Source: an uncultured Acidobacteriota bacterium
Lineage (GTDB): Bacteria; Acidobacteriota; JAQAZP01
Assembly (NCBI GenBank): GCA_963836075.1
Contig: CAWIIB010000009.1
Span: 1,984,001-2,048,000, forward strand
Reading direction: 5' to 3'
Length of the DNA: 64,000 bases
The notes beneath the pieces are model-generated. The model saw nothing but the letters and a program-made list of their open reading frames with translations. It ran no database searches and was not told where the DNA came from. A program made the position numbers and the translations under genes. This document shows, one piece after another, positions 58,669 to 64,000 of the stretch. Each line of letters begins with the position of its first letter. Position 1 is the stretch's first letter.

Positions 58669-60247
58669 GTGGCCGGGTCTGGCAGCGGCGCTGATCGGGC
58701 TGGCCATGCTGGCGGCACCGGCGGGAGCATCCGGCGGCCCGGCCACTAAACGGCCCACGGTTCTGCTGGTCACCATCGACACCATCCGTGCCGACCGGGT
58801 GGGCTGTTACGGCCACGACCGGCGCACCACACCAGTGATCGACCGGCTGGCCGGCCAGGGGCTGCTCTTCCGCGAAGCGGTGGCCACCGTGCCGCTCACC
58901 ACTCCGTCCCATACATCGATCTTCACCGGGCTGCACCCCCGTTCCCATGCCGTGCTGGGTAACTCCTGGCGGCTGGGCGACTCCTTCACGACCCTGGCCG
59001 AGCGGTTCCGTGAATCGGGGTACCGCACCGCGGCCTTTGTCAGCGCCGTGGTCCTCGACCCCCGCTGCGGCCTTGATCGTGGTTTCGGGCACTACAGCGC
59101 GTTGCCGCGCCCCGGGCCGGACGATGCCATGAGCATCCCGAGGCCCGGCGGCCCACCAGCGGAAGGCAGTGCCCCTGGCCGGACCCGCCGGATGACCGGA
59201 CGGCAGCGTCCGGGCAATGAGACTGTGGACGCGGCGCTGGCCTGGATGGATAGCCAGCAGGGCAAGGCGCCGCTCTTTGTCTGGGTCCACCTCTACGACC
59301 CCCACCAGCCCTATGATCCGCCCCAGCCCTATCTTGAGCTGTTCGGCCCGGAACGGGGGGAGCGCAGCCTGTCCACCATACTGCGGCCGGGGTTCGATGA
59401 GCCCGAGTTCGAGCATCGGGAGGAGCGGGTCCAGCGGGACATGGCGCGGCGGCGCGAACGGGTTCCTCCTTCGCACCGGGATCCCCGGTCGATGATCACG
59501 GCCACGTCGCTCACCGACTCCGAGCGGCAGCGGATCGACGAGCTGTATGACGGCGAGGTGGCCTTTGCCGACTTCCAGGTGGGGCGCCTGCTGGCCTGGC
59601 TCAAGGGCCGCGGGCTGTATGACGGCACCGTAGTGGCGGTGATGGGCGATCATGGGGAAACCCTGGGCGAGCACCACGACTACTACGGCCACCACCACGT
59701 GCTCTACGACACCTCCCTGCGCATCCCCATGGCCCTCCGGCTGCCCGGGGGCGCCGACGGGCAGATCCGGTCAGCCGCCGCCAGCACGGTCGATCTGTTT
59801 CCCACCCTGCTGCATGCTGCCGGTCTGGCCAAACATGCGGGTCTGGACGGCCGCGACCTGCTCAGGGTCACGGCGGGACGGCCGCTTTACTGCGAGACCT
59901 ACCTCGGTATCCGGCCGCGGCACATGCCCGACGATTTCGAGCGGCGGCCCCTGACCGGCCGTTTCGCTACGGGGATCCACCAGCACGCGGTGCGGGATGG
60001 CCGCTGGAAGCTGATGCTGGCTAACGGCGGGGACACATCGCCGCAACTCTACGACCTCGAGGCCGACCCGGGTGAGCAGACCGATGTGGCCGGCTCCCAC
60101 CAGGACCTGACCAGGGCGCTGCTGCGGCACTGGCAGCGCTGGTGCGAGACTCACGCACTGCCCCAGCGGGACCGCAGCCACCGCCCGGACCCTGTAGTGG
60201 ACGAGGAGATGCGGGAGAAGCTGCGGCAGTTGGGCTACGTGGAATAG
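58661..60247 (+). CDS. Secreted sulfatase-like protein, Thr-type
   Basis: IDTIRADR, VPLTTPSH, HLYDPH, GDHGE and LRQLGY. Confidence 0.85.
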   Translation: MNRWPGLAAALIGLAMLAAPAGASGGPATKRPTVLLVTIDTIRADRVGCYGHDRRTTPVIDRLAGQGLLFREAVATVPLTTPSHTSIFTGLHPRSHAVLGNSWRLGDSFTTLAERFRESGYRTAAFVSAVVLDPRCGLDRGFGHYSALPRPGPDDAMSIPRPGGPPAEGSAPGRTRRMTGRQRPGNETVDAALAWMDSQQGKAPLFVWVHLYDPHQPYDPPQPYLELFGPERGERSLSTILRPGFDEPEFEHREERVQRDMARRRERVPPSHRDPRSMITATSLTDSERQRIDELYDGEVAFADFQVGRLLAWLKGRGLYDGTVVAVMGDHGETLGEHHDYYGHHHVLYDTSLRIPMALRLPGGADGQIRSAAASTVDLFPTLLHAAGLAKHAGLDGRDLLRVTAGRPLYCETYLGIRPRHMPDDFERRPLTGRFATGIHQHAVRDGRWKLMLANGGDTSPQLYDLEADPGEQTDVAGSHQDLTRALLRHWQRWCETHALPQRDRSHRPDPVVDEEMREKLRQLGYVE

Positions 60248-60350
60248 AAGCGGTCCCAAAGCCTCGCCTGAGGCTCCCGGGCGGCGTTGATCGCCTTGCC
60301 CGGAAACCACAGTCAAGGCTTTTGAACCACTTTCTTTATTCTAGAGGGCA

Positions 60351-60400
60351 AAAAAAGGGGACCGGCCCCCGCCTTTTGGTGCCGGTCCCTTTCTTGTTTT
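60351..60400. terminator. Bidirectional terminator-like hairpin between convergent genes
   Basis: A-tract, GGGACCGGC…GCCGGTCCC stem, then T-rich tract. Confidence 0.65.
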
Positions 60401-60418
60401 CGTAGCCTGTTTATCCGC

Positions 60419-63400
60419 CTAGGGTGCGATACCTTCCACCGTGCAACTGGCCGTGTCGGTGTCTCCGGAGGCGGGGTAGGGCGGCTGGTTGAACGGCGCC
60501 GGGGTCACGTCCTCGGCCACCAGGGTGAAGCTGTTCACTCCCACCAGTGATGGGATGGCCGGCATATTCTGGGTCCAGGTGGTGTAGTAGCTCGCTCCGG
60601 CCTGGATAATCGTGTTGCCGGCGCGCCAGTTGGGATAGAACTGGCCGTTGGCCAGCGTCACGTCGAGGTGTGCGGCCAACCGGCGGCGGTCACCGGAGTA
60701 GAGATTTTCCAGCAGCACCGAGAACCGGGTGGTGAAGGGCACCGTGCCGGAGGACGGGTTGCAGTTCATGCTGACGTCCAGTGTGCCGACGGAGCCGCTC
60801 CAGGGCTGACACTCTGCACCGGTGACGGTCACGTCGTCGATATACCAGCCGTCGTCATCCACCGACGAGTCGCAGCCGATGCGGAAGCGGATCAGCGCCT
60901 CGGTCCCGGCATACGCCGCCAGGTCGGCGGTGACCCGGGTCATGGTGGCGCCGCTGTCCCCGGACCAGGCGGCCTGTCCGCCGATGGGGTTGCTGCAGCA
61001 GGTGGAAATGGTGTCGTTGTACTCGCCCTCGATGATCATCGGGCCGAGGTCCTCCCAGCCGGCGCCGCCGTCGGTGGAGATCTCGATCACACCGCCGTCG
61101 TAGCCGGTCTCCATGTTGTAGCGGTGCCAGAAAGTCAATTCGGAGAGCGGGGTAAGGGTCACCGTCCGCGAGACGAGGAACTTGTCCGTCACAATGCTCG
61201 GGTCCGAAGCGAACCAGACGTTGTCCGGGCTGTGGGCATAGGAACTGGTGATGATCCCCCAGTCGTCTGCGCCCTGGTCCGCGGAGTGGGTCCACTCGCC
61301 GGGGCCGGCCTCGATGTCGTCTTCGAGGAAGACCGAGGTGCCGCCCACCTGGACGTAGAGCGTGTCGCTGGCGCTGCCCTGGTCGGTGGAGATGTCCACG
61401 TTGAAGCTCAGCATCTGGCCACAGGCCGCCGTGAGGTTGATGGCGAAGCGGGGGTTGGGGCTGAGGCTCGTCCCGGTGGCGCCGGAGATGATGTCGTCGA
61501 AAGTCGCGGTGTCGTCGAGCAGCACCACGAAGGCCGGATCATTGCTGGTGATGGTGGCGCTGACGCCGGTTGTGTTCACCGCGCCGACGTTCTCCAGGGT
61601 CAGTTCCACAAAGACCGTCTCGCCCATGTCGGCGTTGCCGTCCCCGTTGCCATCGGGGAAGTCGGTGATCGCTGAGGAGTGCAGCGTCATCTGCCCCGCT
61701 TCCACCACGATGAAGAACGTGGAATACCAGGTGTCTCCGCTGCTGGCGATCTCCACGTCGAACTGGATGATCTCACCGTGGGGGCAGGAGGAGAGCACGT
61801 CGAAGACGATGGGGTCGGGGTTGATCAACGACTCGTCGGGGTTGAAACTGCCGTAGGTGGAGCTGTTGTCGAGGAACGAGATGTGACCGCTGGGGCTGCT
61901 CACCGTGGCCACCACGCCGTTGGCGGTCTCCACGCCATAGTTCTTCAGGCCCAGTTCCAGCTCGATGGTCTCGCCCGGAGTGGCGATGCCGTCGCCGTTG
62001 CCGTTGGAGTAACCGCTGGCGTCGTCATCGAGGGCATGACTCTCGTAGACCACGTACGGCCCCGAGGGCGGAATCACCGGGATCGCTTCCTGGTAGGTCA
62101 GCATGTTGTGGGCCGTGACCGTGATGGTCAGTGAACCGGGGACCACCGGCGGCGTGCCGAAGGTCAGGGTCACCGCACCGGAGGCGTCGGTGTAGCCCAC
62201 TTCGTAGACTTCGTCGTTCTGGGCGCAGACCATGGCGCCCTCGATACCGGTGGAGACCTGCAGCGTGCCGGTGCCGATGATCATCGCCCCGGGGTGGGCC
62301 ACCGTGGGCATGGCCATGGTGTCGGTCCAGGGATCGATGCAGGAGTCACCCAGCCAGAGGTAGGTGCGGATGTTCGACTCGCCCAGATAACCGTGGTCAT
62401 TGTAGACCGTGACATTGGCGAAGTTGGAGGCGTAGCCGAGGTTCCTGATCCCCAGGTCGAAGATCGCCTTGTAGAACTCCTTGTCGTAGTCGTGATTGGG
62501 GATGGTGTAGGAGGGGATGATTGCCCCGTTGATCGCCACCGCGCCGGCGGTGGTCTTCATCATCGTCTCGGCGAAGCAGTCCCCGCTGTGGGCCGGGAAG
62601 TCCATGTTGTCGCAACAGACGTCGAAGTGCACGAAGTAGCGGTCGACATTGGTGAACTGGTTGACGTGGGAGGCGTTGAAGTCGCCGCTGGTGCCCCACT
62701 CCCACCAGGCTTCCGTGGAGCCGTGGCCGCGGTAGTTGAGAATCCCGGAGCTGTAAGTGTTGATGTAGTCGATCACATCCTGGTTGCTGGCCCCGGCGCC
62801 GCCGTAAGCGGTGTCGAAGTCCGGCGTCTCCAGCGAGTAGGCGTAGGTCCGGATCTCCTCACTGCACTGGGTGTACTTGCCGGGTACTCCTCCGAGTGGG
62901 CCACCAGCAGGCTGTGCTTGGCCCAGTCCGAAACCTCAGGCGCGGTGAGGTAGTCCATGGTCTTGTTGATCTGGTGTTCGAGCTCTGCCGCGGTGTCGTA
63001 CAGAATGCGACCGATGGCCATGTCGGCCAGGTAGTCGCCGGAGCCGTCCATCATCGTATACCAGGAGTCGGAATAGGAGTCGGACCAGTAGTACATCGGC
63101 ACATCGACGCCGCCGGCGCCGCTGTAATAGGCGTCGCCCACCAGCAGCACGTATTCCAGGCCGCTGTCGTTGTAGAGCTGGGTGATGTAGGCCTTGATCT
63201 CCTCCGCGGTTTCAAAGCCGGGCTCGAGGGTCCGCACCTCCACCGGGTAGCCCTGGGCGTGGCGGAAGTCCACCAGCGGCTGGATGTAGGGGATGCAGGC
63301 CGGGGTGGTCACCACCAGGTACCTGGTCCCCGGGGTCACCGAGCCGCGTCCGGCCGTCGGGTAGCCCAGCCGGTCATAGTTGATCACCGCCGAACGGTAG

Positions 63401-64000
63401 AGGTTCTGGAACGGGGCGCTGATCGGACTGCGCTGGCGGGTGAACGCGCGGAGCGGGTTGATGCCGGTGTAGTTGACGGTGACCCGCATCCGGGTGGCCA
63501 CGGTGATCTCGTTTCGTGCCGGGTTGCAGGTGATCGGCCGCATCTCCAGCCGGGTCAACCGGACGTCCCGCCAGATCTGCGGGTCGCCGGCCACCGCCAC
63601 GCTGGCGGGATACGTCTTGTCCAGGCCGTAGGTCGCGCGGTCCACGGTGAAGGCCGTTGCCGGTTCGCTGTCCTTCAGCGGCTGCTGGGCCGGCCAGACG
63701 GTATACCCGGTCAGGGTTACGGAGTCGAGGATTTCAGAGCTGACGATGTAGCCGGCCCGATCGGGAATGCCCACCAGCTGGGCCACCACCGGCAGCTGGG
63801 GCAGGCCCACCCGCCGGAGGGCCGCATCGCTGCCCAGGCTCAGCCGCTGGTAGAGCGTGCCGTCCGCGGTGATCTGTTCCGCATCGAAACCGCTGACCGA
63901 AACCTCGATCACGGTGGCGGCGGAATCATGGGCGACCAGGTCCACCCGGGGGGCAGTGGGTGCGGCACCGTCCAGGGTGATCCACTCCGCGCTGGCCGGG
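60419..64000 (-). CDS. Gingipain (peptidase C25)-like protease with propeptide, Ig-like domains and CTD-A; -1 frameshift at about 62882; 5' end just outside window
   Basis: GLPQLP propeptide; YVLLVGD, SDSWY and IGRI; NYRGHG (His) and DVCC (Cys); adding one base joins the two ORFs (EEYPGKYTQCSEEI); terminal 120-aa CTD-A. Confidence 0.88.

Overview
GC-rich bacterial chromosomal window (diderm; gene content suggests an Acidobacteriota-like lineage, which is inference). It has about 48 protein-coding genes. I found no rRNA, tRNA, CRISPR array or intact transposase/integrase. The dominant feature is a set of ten exported proteins that each end in one of two conserved, mutually exclusive C-terminal modules. 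CTD-A is an ungapped 120-aa domain (…WRAG[YN]T…DVTPxP[YF]NQPPYP…AP-stop) on 4 proteins. CTD-B is a six-repeat GPGP/FG-GAP-like propeller on 6 proteins. The cargoes are clostripain-like and gingipain-like proteases, PNGase F-like enzymes, BNR propellers, an Omp28/thioredoxin-like protein and two orphans. Several of these families carry T9SS sorting domains in Bacteroidota, so the modules may be an undescribed sorting or surface-display system. One CTD-B protein is a hidden selenoprotein (in-frame UGA in a UxxC motif plus a SECIS-like hairpin) that the ORF track splits in two. Other notable items: a Fur/PerR-linked operon (MauG-type diheme enzyme, Tat-exported metallophosphoesterase with a WPW motif, and a probable Cys-ligated cytochrome c); a Tat-less Mo-bisPGD/4Fe-4S/NrfD complex; a pyk gene bracketed by a duplicated 3' end of a methionine gamma-lyase-like gene; two single-base frameshifts in protease genes; and several REP/MITE-like palindromes. 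All family calls come from motif recognition by eye; no database searches were run.
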